Shown here: positions 38,173 to 48,490 of the stretch, piece after piece
Layout of the letters: each line of letters begins with the position of its first letter
Position numbering within the stretch: position 1 is the stretch's first letter
Source: a virus
Lineage: Duplodnaviria > Caudoviricetes
DNA: 59,002 nucleotides
Reading direction: 5' to 3' (one strand)
Virus record (IMG/VR): IMGVR_UViG_3300026302_000060
Span: 1-59,002 of that record
Position numbers and translations under genes: made by a program
The notes under the pieces: generated by a model
Databases searched by the model: none
What the model saw: only the letters and a program-made list of their open reading frames with translations
Told to the model about the DNA's origin: nothing

Positions 38173-38277
38173 AGCATTTGCAAGCGAAGTGGGCACCGGT
38201 TCGCGTGAAGCAAATGCGTTGAATTGGCTAGAGCATTTGCAAGCGAAGTGGATGCCGGTTCGCGTGAAGCCAATGCG
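38173..38277 (+). repeat. Two tandem 46-bp palindromic elements, copies B and C
   Basis: AGCATTTGCAAGCGAAGTGG...CCGGTTCGCGTGAAGC(A/C)AATGCG at 38173-38218 and 38232-38277. Confidence 0.85.
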
Positions 38278-38294
38278 CAAGGAGAACTGATCTG

Positions 38295-39401
38295 ATGCGC
38301 GATCCATTTGTCAGCGTCTCATGGAACGGCCGCGACCTCGTTCCGGTCTGGGGACCGTTGCTGATCTCGGTCACGGTGACTGACGAGCGCGGGGTGGAGA
38401 GCGACAAGGTCACGATCGAACTGGATGCGCCGGGAGACAGCGTGGAAGCGCCGGAGCCCGGTGAGGTCATTCAGGTGACCGGTGGCTATCTTGGCGAGGG
38501 TGCCATGGTGCAGGGCGAATACGAGGTCGATACCATCGACCTTGAAGGCTGGCCCGAGAAGATCACCATCAACGGCACCTCCGCCTCGGCGAAGAAGGCG
38601 AACAAGGAAAAGAAGAACGAGGCTCACCGAAAGGCGGATACACCGGATGTCCGCAAGCTTGTGGAGAAGATCGCCGGGCGCAACGGCTGGACGGCGCGGG
38701 TGGCGGATGACATCGGTTCGATCCCGGTTGAATACGAGGGTCAATCCACCGAAAGCGATCTCGGGTTCCTCAACCGGGTCCTGGGTCGCTATGGCGCGCT
38801 TGTCGCCATCAAGCAGAACAGGCTGGTGGTGACGAAAAAAGGCGCGGGCAAATCCGCCAGCGGCGCTGACCTGCCTGATCTGGCTATCGCACCAGGGCTC
38901 AACCTTAAAAAATACAGTGGCTCGATCAAGAAGCGCCCGGAGCACAGACAGGCCGAAGCATCGGTTTTTGACCGCAAGAAGGTCAAGCGCATTGATGTGA
39001 AGGCCGGAGAGGGCGAGATCACCTATCGGTTCCGCGAGCCGTTCAAGAACGAAGCGGAGGCCAAAAAGGCAGCGGAGAGCAAACTCTCCGATCTGGCGCG
39101 CGGCACGGCTTCCTGGACTTTCACCATCGAGGGTGAGCCGGCCGCCGCTGCAGAGGAGCCGGTCAAGGTTTCCGGCGTGAAGGAGAAGGTCAACGGGCGC
39201 TGGAACCCGACCAAGGTCGAGCACAAATGGGCGGATGGCGGATATGAGACCATACTCCAATGCGAGGCCATGGATGAGGCTGCGAAGAAAAGCTCCGGCA
39301 CCGGGACAACCAGCAAGTCCGGCAGTTCGATTGCCAAGCCACAGGGAATTGCCGAGGCACAGGGGCAGGCCATCACCCGCGACAACCGCGCAACGCCATA
39401 A
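38295..39401 (+). CDS. Baseplate hub, P2 gpD (late control D) family
   Basis: TDERGVESD, QSTESDLGFL.R, KVEH. Confidence 0.85.
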   Translation: MRDPFVSVSWNGRDLVPVWGPLLISVTVTDERGVESDKVTIELDAPGDSVEAPEPGEVIQVTGGYLGEGAMVQGEYEVDTIDLEGWPEKITINGTSASAKKANKEKKNEAHRKADTPDVRKLVEKIAGRNGWTARVADDIGSIPVEYEGQSTESDLGFLNRVLGRYGALVAIKQNRLVVTKKGAGKSASGADLPDLAIAPGLNLKKYSGSIKKRPEHRQAEASVFDRKKVKRIDVKAGEGEITYRFREPFKNEAEAKKAAESKLSDLARGTASWTFTIEGEPAAAAEEPVKVSGVKEKVNGRWNPTKVEHKWADGGYETILQCEAMDEAAKKSSGTGTTSKSGSSIAKPQGIAEAQGQAITRDNRATP

Positions 39402-39422
39402 ACAAGGTGGGGAGTTATCGAC

Positions 39423-39680
39423 ATGGGCCGGACTCCCGACCCGCTTCCCGTGACGTGGCGGGGAGACGGTTCCGCTGAATACCGGGCTGTTGGCGGGGAA
39501 ATCATCGATCATCTGTGCTGGCGTCATTATGGCCGCGAGTTCGACACGCTCGACCCTGTGGTCGCGCTCAACCGCGGCGTCGGTCGCGGAGCGGTGCTGG
39601 AAGCAGGGCAGCTTCTGGTTCTGCCCTATCTCCCCGCCCCCGCCGCGCCGTTGCTGCGCAAGATCCGGCTTTTCGACTGA
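39423..39680 (+). CDS. Tail protein X (LysM-like)
   Basis: DHLCWRHYG..N..G..LVLP..IRLFD. Confidence 0.85.
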   Translation: MGRTPDPLPVTWRGDGSAEYRAVGGEIIDHLCWRHYGREFDTLDPVVALNRGVGRGAVLEAGQLLVLPYLPAPAAPLLRKIRLFD

Positions 39681-39740
39681 TTCAATCCGGCGCGGCTTTC
39701 TGCCCGCCTGATCCTGCTTTTGCGGGATGGAGGTTTTCTC

Positions 39741-40607
39741 GTGTCCGATTTCACCTTGGGCGATCTCGCAGCGCTTCCCGTGCCGGAAATCATCGAGACC
39801 TTGAGCCATGAGGCAATCCTTGCCGCCAGAAAGCAGAAGTTTCTCGATCTCTGCATCGCGAGGGGAATCGACTACGCCACGCTCGATCTCGAAAGCGACC
39901 CCGGTGCGATCCTTCTTGAGGAATCCTCCTATGAGGAAATCGTGCTGCGCGCTCGCGGCAACGACATTGCCCGCGAAGCCTACCTCTATTTTGCTTCAGG
40001 TGATGCGCTCGAACACCTTGCAGCCTTCTACGATGTCGAGCGTCTTGCCGGCGAGAAGGATGATCGCCTGAAGGTCCGCACGATTCTCGCCATTCAGGGC
40101 CGTTCGACCGGCGGGACCCGCGCCCGTTACAAGGGTATTGCAATGGCGGCCTCGCTCCGGGTCGCGGATGTCGAGGTCTATACCGTCGGAATCGATCCCA
40201 CGATCCGGTTCGCGGTCTTCGCGGCTGACAACAACGGCGTCGCGGATGCGTCCCTGCTCCAGATCGTGCGGGACGCGGTGAGCGCCGATGACGCACGCAT
40301 GGTCAACGATACGATTGTCGTTACCTCAGCGGTGGTTCAGGTGGTCGATGTCGTGGCGGATGTCTGGCTGCTGCCCGGCGTCTCCGAAACCATTCTCTCG
40401 ACCGTTGCTGCCGATCTTCCGGGACAATGGATCGCCGATGGCGGCCTTGGCCGCGACCTCGCGGATGCGTGGCTTGTCTCCAGGATCATGGTCGCGGGCG
40501 TCCAGCGTGCGGTGATCACCGCACCGGTCCCGGATATCGTGGTCGCGCCCTACACGGCGGTTCGGATCGGCGCTGTCACCCTCAATCTTCGCGGTCGGGA
40601 CTTCTGA
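39741..40607 (+). CDS. Baseplate J protein
   Basis: PEIIETLS.E, LESDP, ALEHLAA, STGG. Confidence 0.88.
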   Translation: MSDFTLGDLAALPVPEIIETLSHEAILAARKQKFLDLCIARGIDYATLDLESDPGAILLEESSYEEIVLRARGNDIAREAYLYFASGDALEHLAAFYDVERLAGEKDDRLKVRTILAIQGRSTGGTRARYKGIAMAASLRVADVEVYTVGIDPTIRFAVFAADNNGVADASLLQIVRDAVSADDARMVNDTIVVTSAVVQVVDVVADVWLLPGVSETILSTVAADLPGQWIADGGLGRDLADAWLVSRIMVAGVQRAVITAPVPDIVVAPYTAVRIGAVTLNLRGRDF

Positions 40608-41722
40608 TGGCTACCCATACCCGCCTGCTGCCCCAGAATGCGACGCCGATCATGCTGGCCTCGGCGGAGGCCAATGATCCCCTTTCCCGCCTTGCGGGGG
40701 AATACGACACCATCACCGCCGCATGGCGGAACACCCCGCCTGATTTCATGCCGTTTCTGGTCTGGCAATACGGTCTCGGTGAGTTGAGTTCCTATCTGCC
40801 GAACCTTTATGACCTTGTGCCGCAAGGTCTTCGCTGGCAGCGCGTGCGTGGCACCCCGGCGGCTATCGCCATGGGCCTTTCATGGGTTGGATATGCGGCG
40901 ACCCTGCACGAGGATTCTCCGCGGCGGCGAAAATGGAACAGATTCCAGATCGAGCTCGACCGCATCCGCGATGCAGACCTGCCGGATCTGCGCCGGATCG
41001 ACGGTATCGTTTCGCTGTCCCCTCCCTTGCGCAGCAAGTTCTATCGCGGGTTCCGGGGGTATGATGTCCGGGCCGCTGTCACGTCCTTTTCGCGGACCTC
41101 GGGCACCATGCTGTCCTCGCACTCCGGTGTCAGGATCGAGGCGGGGAAGGCGAAATGGTCCTTCGGTCGCGCATGGTCCGGTGACGCATTGCTGGGCCAG
41201 CCCGAACTCGCTGCGCTCGGGACGTGGATCCCGCCCGTATCCGAAAGCGAGCTATGGGCTGATGCTGATTCCCGTTGGGAAAGCGCGGATTTCCCGTGGG
41301 GCATTCCTGCGGCGATCTCGCGGCGCAACACGATCGCCAACGCGCTTTCCGCAAAGGCCGTTTACATTCGCTTCGATGCGGCGGACGGCTCGGTCATCGG
41401 CTTTCGCCGTGCGGTCATCCACCCTGCGCGCCGGGATGTGCTCGGCGAATATCTGATCGGCGCTGATCGCTGGAAGGCGTATCCCGATGACCCGACCGCC
41501 GTTGTCGTGCAGGCCCGCACCGGGTTCGGCGATGGTGCCGGTGCGACGGCGGCGAGGGTGAGCGTTGTGTTCAACCCTGTTCTCTCTCCTGGTGTTTCTC
41601 CCGGCAAGCTCTGGCTCGCTGCATCCGAAGCCGGCGCGGGTGTTTCTGTCGCGCAAACCAATCTCACGATCCCGTTCGGCCTGACCGTGCGGGAGCTGTG
41701 CCGCTTCACCTTGAGGTTCTGA
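40607..41722 (+). CDS. Tail/baseplate protein I-like
   Basis: LLPQNAT, PFLVWQYGL, RGTPAAI. Confidence 0.8.
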   Translation: MATHTRLLPQNATPIMLASAEANDPLSRLAGEYDTITAAWRNTPPDFMPFLVWQYGLGELSSYLPNLYDLVPQGLRWQRVRGTPAAIAMGLSWVGYAATLHEDSPRRRKWNRFQIELDRIRDADLPDLRRIDGIVSLSPPLRSKFYRGFRGYDVRAAVTSFSRTSGTMLSSHSGVRIEAGKAKWSFGRAWSGDALLGQPELAALGTWIPPVSESELWADADSRWESADFPWGIPAAISRRNTIANALSAKAVYIRFDAADGSVIGFRRAVIHPARRDVLGEYLIGADRWKAYPDDPTAVVVQARTGFGDGAGATAARVSVVFNPVLSPGVSPGKLWLAASEAGAGVSVAQTNLTIPFGLTVRELCRFTLRF

Positions 41723-44700
41723 TGACCGTTCTCCCCCATGCTTCCGGCGTCGCTGATGCTTATGAGACGAACCGCGATGATTCCGGCCTTGTTTTCTCCG
41801 AAGACCGTTTCCTTACGGGCGTCGATCTCAATGATATGCAGCGGATCGCGCGGGGTCGGTCGCGTCGCACCTCGCGGATGATCGCGCGGGACGGCGACCG
41901 CATTTCCGGCGCGGATATCGTCGTCACGCGTGACGAGGCTCCGGCCACCACGGTTTCGGCCCTGCTGGCGGCAGGCAAGGTCTATGCGGACGGTGATGTC
42001 TATGATGTCGAGGCGCGCCAGTTGGCTGGCATGCCTGGCACCGGAGAAATCCGGGTCGGCCTGCGCATCGTCTCTGCGGTCGAGGATTTCAATGATGATC
42101 CCGCTCTGGTCGGCCCGCTCCCCGGCAGCGAGGCCGAGGGCGAACCGCTGGCCTCGCGCCTTGTCGAAACCGTGACCTGGGCGACCGAAACCGAAAACCT
42201 CCCCGGCATCTTCTACCCTGTCTATACCTTGCGCGACGGTGTGCCGATCGACCAGATCGCGCCGCCCGCGCTCGATGGCGTGCGCAGCCAGATCGCCCTC
42301 TACGATTATGACGCCAACGGACACTACATCGTCTCCGGTTGCGACATTACGCCCGTCGGGCGCATCGGCGCGGATCAGGTCTTCTCGATCAAGGAGGGGA
42401 CGGCGAATATTCTCGGCTTCAAGCGCGTCCGTGAGTACGCGCTGCGCTTCGCGGTGCCCGAAGAACCCGATCTCGAAAGCGTGGTCGCCGAACCGCATAC
42501 CTATGATGCGGCGACCGGCACGCCCACCACCGTGACTGTGAACCGCGCGCCGATCGCTGCCGTACAGCAGGTGATCGTGGTCAAGCGCATCACGGAAACG
42601 GTGATCCGCGGGGCTATTCCCGGCGGGCAGGATCCGCTCACGAAATCCTCTGTTGTGGAGATCGAAAGCGTCAATCAGGGCGCGGTTTACTACAACGCCT
42701 CTGCTGACTTCACCCTGACCGGAAATTCTGTGTCCTGGGCGCCGGGTGGCGTCGAGCCGGTATCCTCCTCCAGCTATCAGGTCACTTATCTCTACAATGA
42801 GGCGCAGGCGGTTGCCGGTGTGACGGATACCACCGTGACCGTTTCGGGGGGTGTCCATGGCCGGCCCGTGCTGGTGTCCTACACGAGCAAGCTGCCGCGC
42901 GTGGACCTCATCTGCCTCGATGTCACCGGCAGGTCGGCATATGTCACGGGTGTTTCCGCCCGCATCAATGCAGTTCCGCCCCTCACGCCCAGCACGCTCC
43001 TGAAGCTGGGGGAGGTCTGGAACACATGGATGGGCGTTCCGGTGGTGAAGAACAACGGGACGCGCAATTACACTTACGACAACCAGCGCCGTCTCTTTGA
43101 TCGCGTGATCGACATGCTCGACCAGTTCGATCGCTCGGAATCCGCCCGCAACATCCTTGAGCGCGACCCTGTGGCGAAGCGCGGCATTTTCACCGACAAT
43201 TTCACCAACGACACCTTCCGAGATCAGGGCCTTCCGCAGACCGCGGCTTCGGCCAATGGTGTGCTCCAGCTTGCGATTGACCCGGTGCTGAACGTGCTGG
43301 CGAACAACCAGTTCCGCACCCTTCCCTTCACGGAAGAGATCATCATCCGGCAGGACATCAAGACCTCGTCGGTGCTCATCAACCCCTACATGTCCTTTGT
43401 CGCCATGCCGGCGGGGCTGGAAATCGATCCGCCCGTCGATTTCTGGACGGACACCGTGACGAACTGGACCTCCGATATCACGCGGGAGTTCCAGGCGCCG
43501 CCGGGCCAGCCTGAAGGCTCCACCACGATCACCGAGCAGGTTTCCGAGCAGCTTGCCGCCGCTCGCTTCCTCCGGCAGATTGCCGTGACCTTCAGGATCG
43601 AGGGGTTCGGCGCGGGCGAGACCCTCGCCACGCTGGCTTTCGACGGTATCGACGTGAAGCCGCCGGGGGTGCAGACGGCAAATGGTTCCGGTCAGATCAC
43701 CGGAACGTTCACGATCCCGGCAAATATTCCGGTGGGCCGCCGTCTTGTGGAGGCGACAGGTGCGGCGGGCAGCTTCGGCCGGGCCATCTTTGTCGGCGAG
43801 GGGGCGATCACCAATCTGACGCTCCGCCGCGTCACGCTTGTTTCGCGCCTCGCCCCGCCGCCCGTCGTGGTCAATGTCACCAATGTCACCGTGGTGCAGG
43901 AGATCACGAATGTCGTCGTGCAGCAGCCGACATTTACCGGTGGTGGTGGTGACGGTGGTGGCGGCGACCCTTTGGCGCAGACCTTCTCTCTGGAAGAGCC
44001 GCGGATGATCTGCGGCATGAACTTCTGGATTGCGGCCATCGGCAACCGCGCGAAAGGTATCCGGGTGCAGTTGGCCACCGTGCTGAACGGCTACCCGACC
44101 AATGAGGTGCTGGCTGAAGCCTTCATCCCGATGGCGACGCCGCAGGTCGGCGACATGCTTCAGGCGCGGTTCAGGACCCCGGTCCTGTGCCAGGTCGGGC
44201 GGGAATATTGCTTCGTCATCATGACGGATGATGCCGAGCACGCGGTGAAGATCGCGCGGCTCGGTGATGTCTATGACATCCCCGGTGGCGGTCAGGGTCG
44301 CGTTTCGGCGCAACCCTTCACCGCAGGGGTCATGCTTCAGTCCGCAAACCGCCTCACGTGGTCGCCGGTGCAGGATGCGGACCTGTCGTTTCAGGTGGTT
44401 GCCGCCAACTTCTCCGCCACCGAGCAGAGTGTCACGCTCTGGTCCGGCGCGTTCGATCAGGTCTCGGATGTCATCGTGCGTGGTGGCCTTGAGATTCCCT
44501 CGGCGGATACCTCGGTTCGCTGGCAGCTTGTCCGTGCAGACGGCTCGGTCCTTTCTTTCGCCGATCGCCAGCAGGTGCCATTTTCGGCCTATGTGTCGGA
44601 AAATGTCACCCTGCGCGCGGTGTTGCACGGAACGGCCAAGCTGTCCCCCACGATATTCCCCGGCGTTTTGCTGATTGCCGGACGCATCCGTTCGAGCGGC

Positions 44701-44988
44701 ACCTATGCGACGCGTGTTTTCTCGATGGGGACGGCGATCCGGGTGCGTGCCGTTTTTGCCGCCATGCTGCCGGCGGGCTCCGGTGTGACGGTCGATGTCG
44801 ATGCGGCGAACGGCGTCTGGCAATCCGTTCCGAACCTCTCGACCGGGATCATCGGCGGTGGGTGGATCGAGCCGGTCCACCAGAAGGACCCGTTCACGGC
44901 GGCCAGTGGTGGCCGCGTTCGCCTCACGATCACGGGTGGCCCCGGTGCCCGCCCGTTCATCGCGGATCTCCGCGCCTATTCCGTCTGA
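41722..44988 (+). CDS. Large baseplate/tail structural protein (DUF4815-like)
   Basis: LNDMQ, YDYDANGHYIVSG, GIFTDNF, INPY; between gpI-like and fibre. Confidence 0.75.
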   Translation: MTVLPHASGVADAYETNRDDSGLVFSEDRFLTGVDLNDMQRIARGRSRRTSRMIARDGDRISGADIVVTRDEAPATTVSALLAAGKVYADGDVYDVEARQLAGMPGTGEIRVGLRIVSAVEDFNDDPALVGPLPGSEAEGEPLASRLVETVTWATETENLPGIFYPVYTLRDGVPIDQIAPPALDGVRSQIALYDYDANGHYIVSGCDITPVGRIGADQVFSIKEGTANILGFKRVREYALRFAVPEEPDLESVVAEPHTYDAATGTPTTVTVNRAPIAAVQQVIVVKRITETVIRGAIPGGQDPLTKSSVVEIESVNQGAVYYNASADFTLTGNSVSWAPGGVEPVSSSSYQVTYLYNEAQAVAGVTDTTVTVSGGVHGRPVLVSYTSKLPRVDLICLDVTGRSAYVTGVSARINAVPPLTPSTLLKLGEVWNTWMGVPVVKNNGTRNYTYDNQRRLFDRVIDMLDQFDRSESARNILERDPVAKRGIFTDNFTNDTFRDQGLPQTAASANGVLQLAIDPVLNVLANNQFRTLPFTEEIIIRQDIKTSSVLINPYMSFVAMPAGLEIDPPVDFWTDTVTNWTSDITREFQAPPGQPEGSTTITEQVSEQLAAARFLRQIAVTFRIEGFGAGETLATLAFDGIDVKPPGVQTANGSGQITGTFTIPANIPVGRRLVEATGAAGSFGRAIFVGEGAITNLTLRRVTLVSRLAPPPVVVNVTNVTVVQEITNVVVQQPTFTGGGGDGGGGDPLAQTFSLEEPRMICGMNFWIAAIGNRAKGIRVQLATVLNGYPTNEVLAEAFIPMATPQVGDMLQARFRTPVLCQVGREYCFVIMTDDAEHAVKIARLGDVYDIPGGGQGRVSAQPFTAGVMLQSANRLTWSPVQDADLSFQVVAANFSATEQSVTLWSGAFDQVSDVIVRGGLEIPSADTSVRWQLVRADGSVLSFADRQQVPFSAYVSENVTLRAVLHGTAKLSPTIFPGVLLIAGRIRSSGTYATRVFSMGTAIRVRAVFAAMLPAGSGVTVDVDAANGVWQSVPNLSTGIIGGGWIEPVHQKDPFTAASGGRVRLTITGGPGARPFIADLRAYSV

Positions 44989-45018
44989 GGCGCATTCGTT
45001 TCATTTCAGGAGTGACCG

Positions 45019-46413
45019 ATGGCAACCGATGATCGCACGTCCACCCAGAACTTTCCGCGACCGCATATCGCCAACACAATCGCCGAGGATTTTGCCCGCA
45101 TCATCACCCTCGTCAACATGCTGGATGCCAAGATCTCCGCGATGGACGGGCAGGTTGCCGGCAAGGCGGAGGCCGCCCACACCCACGCCATTTCCGGGAT
45201 TGCCGGGCTTCAGGCTGCGCTGGATGCCAAGCAGGCCGCTTCCTGGCGTCCGGCGCTGGGTGATCTCTCAAATGTCAATGTGGCGGGGGCGGCCAGTGGC
45301 CAGTTTCTCGGTCTTGTCGGGGCCACATGGCAACCCGTGACGTTGAGCGTGGCGTGGGGGAACATTTCCGGCAAGCCGAGTTCGTTTCCGACGACGTGGG
45401 GTGATGTTTCCGGGAAGCCCGGCACCTTTACGCCGGCCGCGCATTCTCACTCCATCGGTGAGGTCGGCGGCCTCCAGACGGCGCTCGACGCCAACGCCGC
45501 CGCTGCGGCCGCCAAGCTGCCTCTGACGGGCGGAGATATCACTGGTGGTCTGAACATCCGAGGCGGCTGGGCGCAGTTACGTCTCGGCAATGTTGGTGGC
45601 GCGTGGCGTCTCATCAAGGATGGCGCGGCTGGCGTGTCCGGTACGCTGTTCATCCAGCACTCCACCGACGATTTTGCCACCAACTTCGTCAACCCGCTGA
45701 CCCTTCAGACGGATGGTGGTGTGATTTTGAGCTACAAGACACGCATCAACGCTGCTGATGGCGGTCTGGAGCTGCATGCGCTTGGCACAGGAGATCGATC
45801 CTCATACGTCGACTTCAAGAGTCATGGCACACCTGATGGGGTGGACTACTCGGCTCGCATCATCAGAGAGCCCGGCCCCGATGGAGCTTTTGACATCATC
45901 AATGGCGGCGCTGGCTGGCTCCGCATCAGACCAGGGTTTGGTCAACCAGTTCAGGTCGGTGTCGCTGATCAGGGTAACTTTCTCTACATTCCACGTCAGG
46001 ACAACGTTGACGAAGGCGGTCAACTGATTCTTCAGCGATGCAATCAGAACACGTCAATTGGCGCTGATTTGGCAATCGACACCTGTAGAAATGACATCCG
46101 GTTCTTTGAGAATGGAGGCGCATTTCGTGGTGCGTTTCTTCGGCTCTCTGAACTTCCGGGCGGCGTCAACTCTGCGCTGATTCACAGTGCCAATCTGGGA
46201 AGCTGGCTCGCTGCGGGTGACACCCAGGATATCGGCAAATACGTGATGGCATACTGCAATGCCAACGGCTCGGAGTTTGGTGGCAGCGTCTCTGGCGCAA
46301 ATCTCTTCCCGGCATACCATGGTGGCTGGCAGGCTGGATCCATCAATGGAACCTGGAGAGCTCAGGGTCGCGGTATCACCGGTGGAATCTCACTCTTTCA
46401 GAGGATCGCCTGA
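45019..46413 (+). CDS. Tail fibre protein
   Basis: HTH/HSH..I..GLQ.ALD fibre repeats, WGNISGKP repeats, divergent C-terminus. Confidence 0.85.
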   Translation: MATDDRTSTQNFPRPHIANTIAEDFARIITLVNMLDAKISAMDGQVAGKAEAAHTHAISGIAGLQAALDAKQAASWRPALGDLSNVNVAGAASGQFLGLVGATWQPVTLSVAWGNISGKPSSFPTTWGDVSGKPGTFTPAAHSHSIGEVGGLQTALDANAAAAAAKLPLTGGDITGGLNIRGGWAQLRLGNVGGAWRLIKDGAAGVSGTLFIQHSTDDFATNFVNPLTLQTDGGVILSYKTRINAADGGLELHALGTGDRSSYVDFKSHGTPDGVDYSARIIREPGPDGAFDIINGGAGWLRIRPGFGQPVQVGVADQGNFLYIPRQDNVDEGGQLILQRCNQNTSIGADLAIDTCRNDIRFFENGGAFRGAFLRLSELPGGVNSALIHSANLGSWLAAGDTQDIGKYVMAYCNANGSEFGGSVSGANLFPAYHGGWQAGSINGTWRAQGRGITGGISLFQRIA

Positions 46414-46414
46414 T

Positions 46415-46933
46415 ATGCCCAAGCTCGATTACATGGTGCCGGCCGACGCTGGAAAGCCCGAGTGGGCGAATTCAGAGCATACCCAGCTCAATATCACGGT
46501 GGTATTTCCCCATCTCGGAGGAGAGGCGGTGCGCTACACCGCTGCCCGGAGCGATCCTGGCTGGGAGCACTCCGAGGAGCTGTTCGCGCGGGCTGCGGAT
46601 GGTGAGTTCGGCCCTGTCGCGCCGTTTGTGGAACTCCCCCCTGCGCCGCCCGACAAGATCACCCGCGCCCAATACGGCCGGGAAATGCGCAGCCGGGGTC
46701 TGTTCTCACAGGCCGAGGCTGTGGCCTTCGTGACGGGTGCAGGAATCCCGGCGGCGCTGCAAGCCCTCCTCGACACGATCAAGGATCAGACCGCGCGCGA
46801 AGATGCCGAACTGCTCGTTCTTGGTGCCGCCTCGATCGAGCGCCATCACCCTCTCACGGCGCTGATGGCGTCCGGCATGGGGTGGAGCGGTGCCGATACT
46901 GACGATTTCTTCCGGGCTGCGGGAGCGAGGTAG
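46415..46933 (+). CDS. Tail fibre assembly/chaperone-like protein
   Basis: Follows fibre; GEFGPVAPF, IERHHPL..DDFFRAA. Confidence 0.65.
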   Translation: MPKLDYMVPADAGKPEWANSEHTQLNITVVFPHLGGEAVRYTAARSDPGWEHSEELFARAADGEFGPVAPFVELPPAPPDKITRAQYGREMRSRGLFSQAEAVAFVTGAGIPAALQALLDTIKDQTAREDAELLVLGAASIERHHPLTALMASGMGWSGADTDDFFRAAGAR

Positions 46934-46936
46934 GCC

Positions 46937-47401
46937 ATGATCACCCTCCGCTTTGTCGATCTCGGATGGCCGGTCGTTTCGCCGGCCATTTCCTTTTTCA
47001 GCCGCCATTGGTCGAACCATGTCGATCTGATGACCACCACCGACATGGCGGTTTCCGCCGTACCCGGCGGCGTTCTCGAACGGGCTCTTGATCTCCGCCA
47101 CCCCGACGGTGACAGGGTGGAAATGATCACGATTCCCTGCACGGATGAGCAGCGCGCCGCAGCGCTCGCCTTCGCCCGCGCCGAGATCGGCAAGCCTTAT
47201 GACTACCTCGGCGTGCTCTGGTTCCCCTTCCGCCCCCGCTGGAATGACCCTCGACGGTGGTTCTGTTCGGAACTCACAGCAGCGGCCCTCCATCACGCCG
47301 GCATCCTCAAGGTGCCGGCGTTGCTGCATCGGGTTTCCCCCGGCGACCTCTACAGGATCGTCTCCGAAGCCGCCGACGCGCGCGCTGTCAGGCCATCATG
47401 A
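46937..47401 (+). CDS. Permuted papain-like NlpC/P60 (YiiX/YebB, C92) protein
   Basis: WSNHV, IGKPYDY, WFCSEL. Confidence 0.8.
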   Translation: MITLRFVDLGWPVVSPAISFFSRHWSNHVDLMTTTDMAVSAVPGGVLERALDLRHPDGDRVEMITIPCTDEQRAAALAFARAEIGKPYDYLGVLWFPFRPRWNDPRRWFCSELTAAALHHAGILKVPALLHRVSPGDLYRIVSEAADARAVRPS

Positions 47402-47783
47402 GCTTGTCGCGCGCGGCACTGGCGAAATAGGCCGAGCGTGTAATCCCGGCAGCACCTGCCGCCTGATCGACGGCTTCCAGCAAACCCGCATCCAGCGTCA
47501 GGTTGGCGCGCACGGAACGCCCGGCATCAACCACCAGCGGGATGAGCACGGTGCTTTCACCGGCCCGCACCTCGCCGCTGGCCAACACCTGCGCGATACT
47601 GGACGGCGCGGGGACCGGATGGCCACCACCGCGCTTGTAGGCCACCACATCGCGCAACGCTTCTGTTGCCCCGGCAATCGCCTCCTCGGCGGTTTCCCCG
47701 GCCCCGACACACCCGTCCAGATCGAAAATGCGGACGCCCCAGTTGTCGTCTGCGCCTTCGAGAATGCCAACGTAATAGACCAT
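47388..47783 (-). CDS. hicB: HicB antitoxin
   Basis: WGVRIFDLDGCVGAGETAEEA, C-terminal RHH RANLTLD..ITRS. Confidence 0.9.
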   Translation of the reverse strand: MVYYVGILEGADDNWGVRIFDLDGCVGAGETAEEAIAGATEALRDVVAYKRGGGHPVPAPSSIAQVLASGEVRAGESTVLIPLVVDAGRSVRANLTLDAGLLEAVDQAAGAAGITRSAYFASAARDKLMMA

Positions 47784-47814
47784 CTGCTGCTCCGTCTTTG
47801 TTGTGGCGGCTGGC

Positions 47815-48012
47815 TCAGAGCCAACCCGCCTGTTTTGCGATGGATCGGGCTGTCCCGATCTTGAGGTCCTGCCTGTGCCTCGGGACGATGACCATCGCGC
47901 CGGGGCGGTCCTTGTGAATGAAGCGGTCGTGGTTGCCGCCACCGATGTTCTCCCAGCCCTCGGCTGTCAGCCGGGCGATGATCTTGCGGGGGTTCAGTTC
48001 GATGGTCGACAT
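47815..48012 (-). CDS. hicA: HicA mRNA interferase toxin
   Basis: GW...GGNH..F.H, IVPRH, GTARSIAKQAG. Confidence 0.9.
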   Translation of the reverse strand: MSTIELNPRKIIARLTAEGWENIGGGNHDRFIHKDRPGAMVIVPRHRQDLKIGTARSIAKQAGWL

Positions 48013-48028
48013 GTCCGCGTCCTTTGTT

Positions 48029-48088
48029 GTGCATATATATGCACCATTTCCGCCGTTACGTCAACCCTAAAAGTGCATAATAATGCAC
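48029..48088 (-). promoter_or_regulatory. hicAB promoter with two palindromic operators
   Basis: GTGCATATATATGCAC (48029-48044) and GTGCATAATAATGCAC (48073-48088) around minus-strand TTGACG. Confidence 0.75.
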
Positions 48089-48115
48089 GAATTTCTCAGG
48101 ATTGAGGAGAGTCTT

Positions 48116-48490
48116 ATGCCGGTTATTGATCACGGGGATGTGGTTGCCTACCAGACCCAGGGCGGTGAGTGGAAGATTGCTACCGGTGTGACGGTGATGG
48201 GTGCCAGCATCCTCATGACGCCGACTGTGGCCCGCGTTCTCACCGCGTCATCCACGAGTGCGAATGTATTGCTATCGTCTGAAGCTCGTGCAATTTCCAT
48301 TTACGCGCGCGGCGGAGACGCCTATTTCCGGATCGGCGACGGAGAGCAGACCGCAACGGCGTCATCACATTACATCGCGTCGGGAGAGCGCCTCGAATTC
48401 AGCGTCTCAGATTTGTCGGAGCCGCACGTTGCTGCGATCGTTGGTCCCAGCGGGGCCAGCGCCACGCTGCACATCACGGAGCTTGTGTGA
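48116..48490 (+). CDS. Putative virion structural protein (beta-rich)
   Basis: GAGGAG SD; coupled to next gene. Confidence 0.5.
   Translation: MPVIDHGDVVAYQTQGGEWKIATGVTVMGASILMTPTVARVLTASSTSANVLLSSEARAISIYARGGDAYFRIGDGEQTATASSHYIASGERLEFSVSDLSEPHVAAIVGPSGASATLHITELV

Noticed and set aside
38173-38277. Possible mini-CRISPR array
   Set aside because: Two 46-bp units separated by only 13 nt, no cas genes; fits an interspersed palindrome better
41362-44880. 1172-aa minus-strand ORF
   Set aside because: Antisense shadow of the large tail gene in high-GC DNA; no motifs
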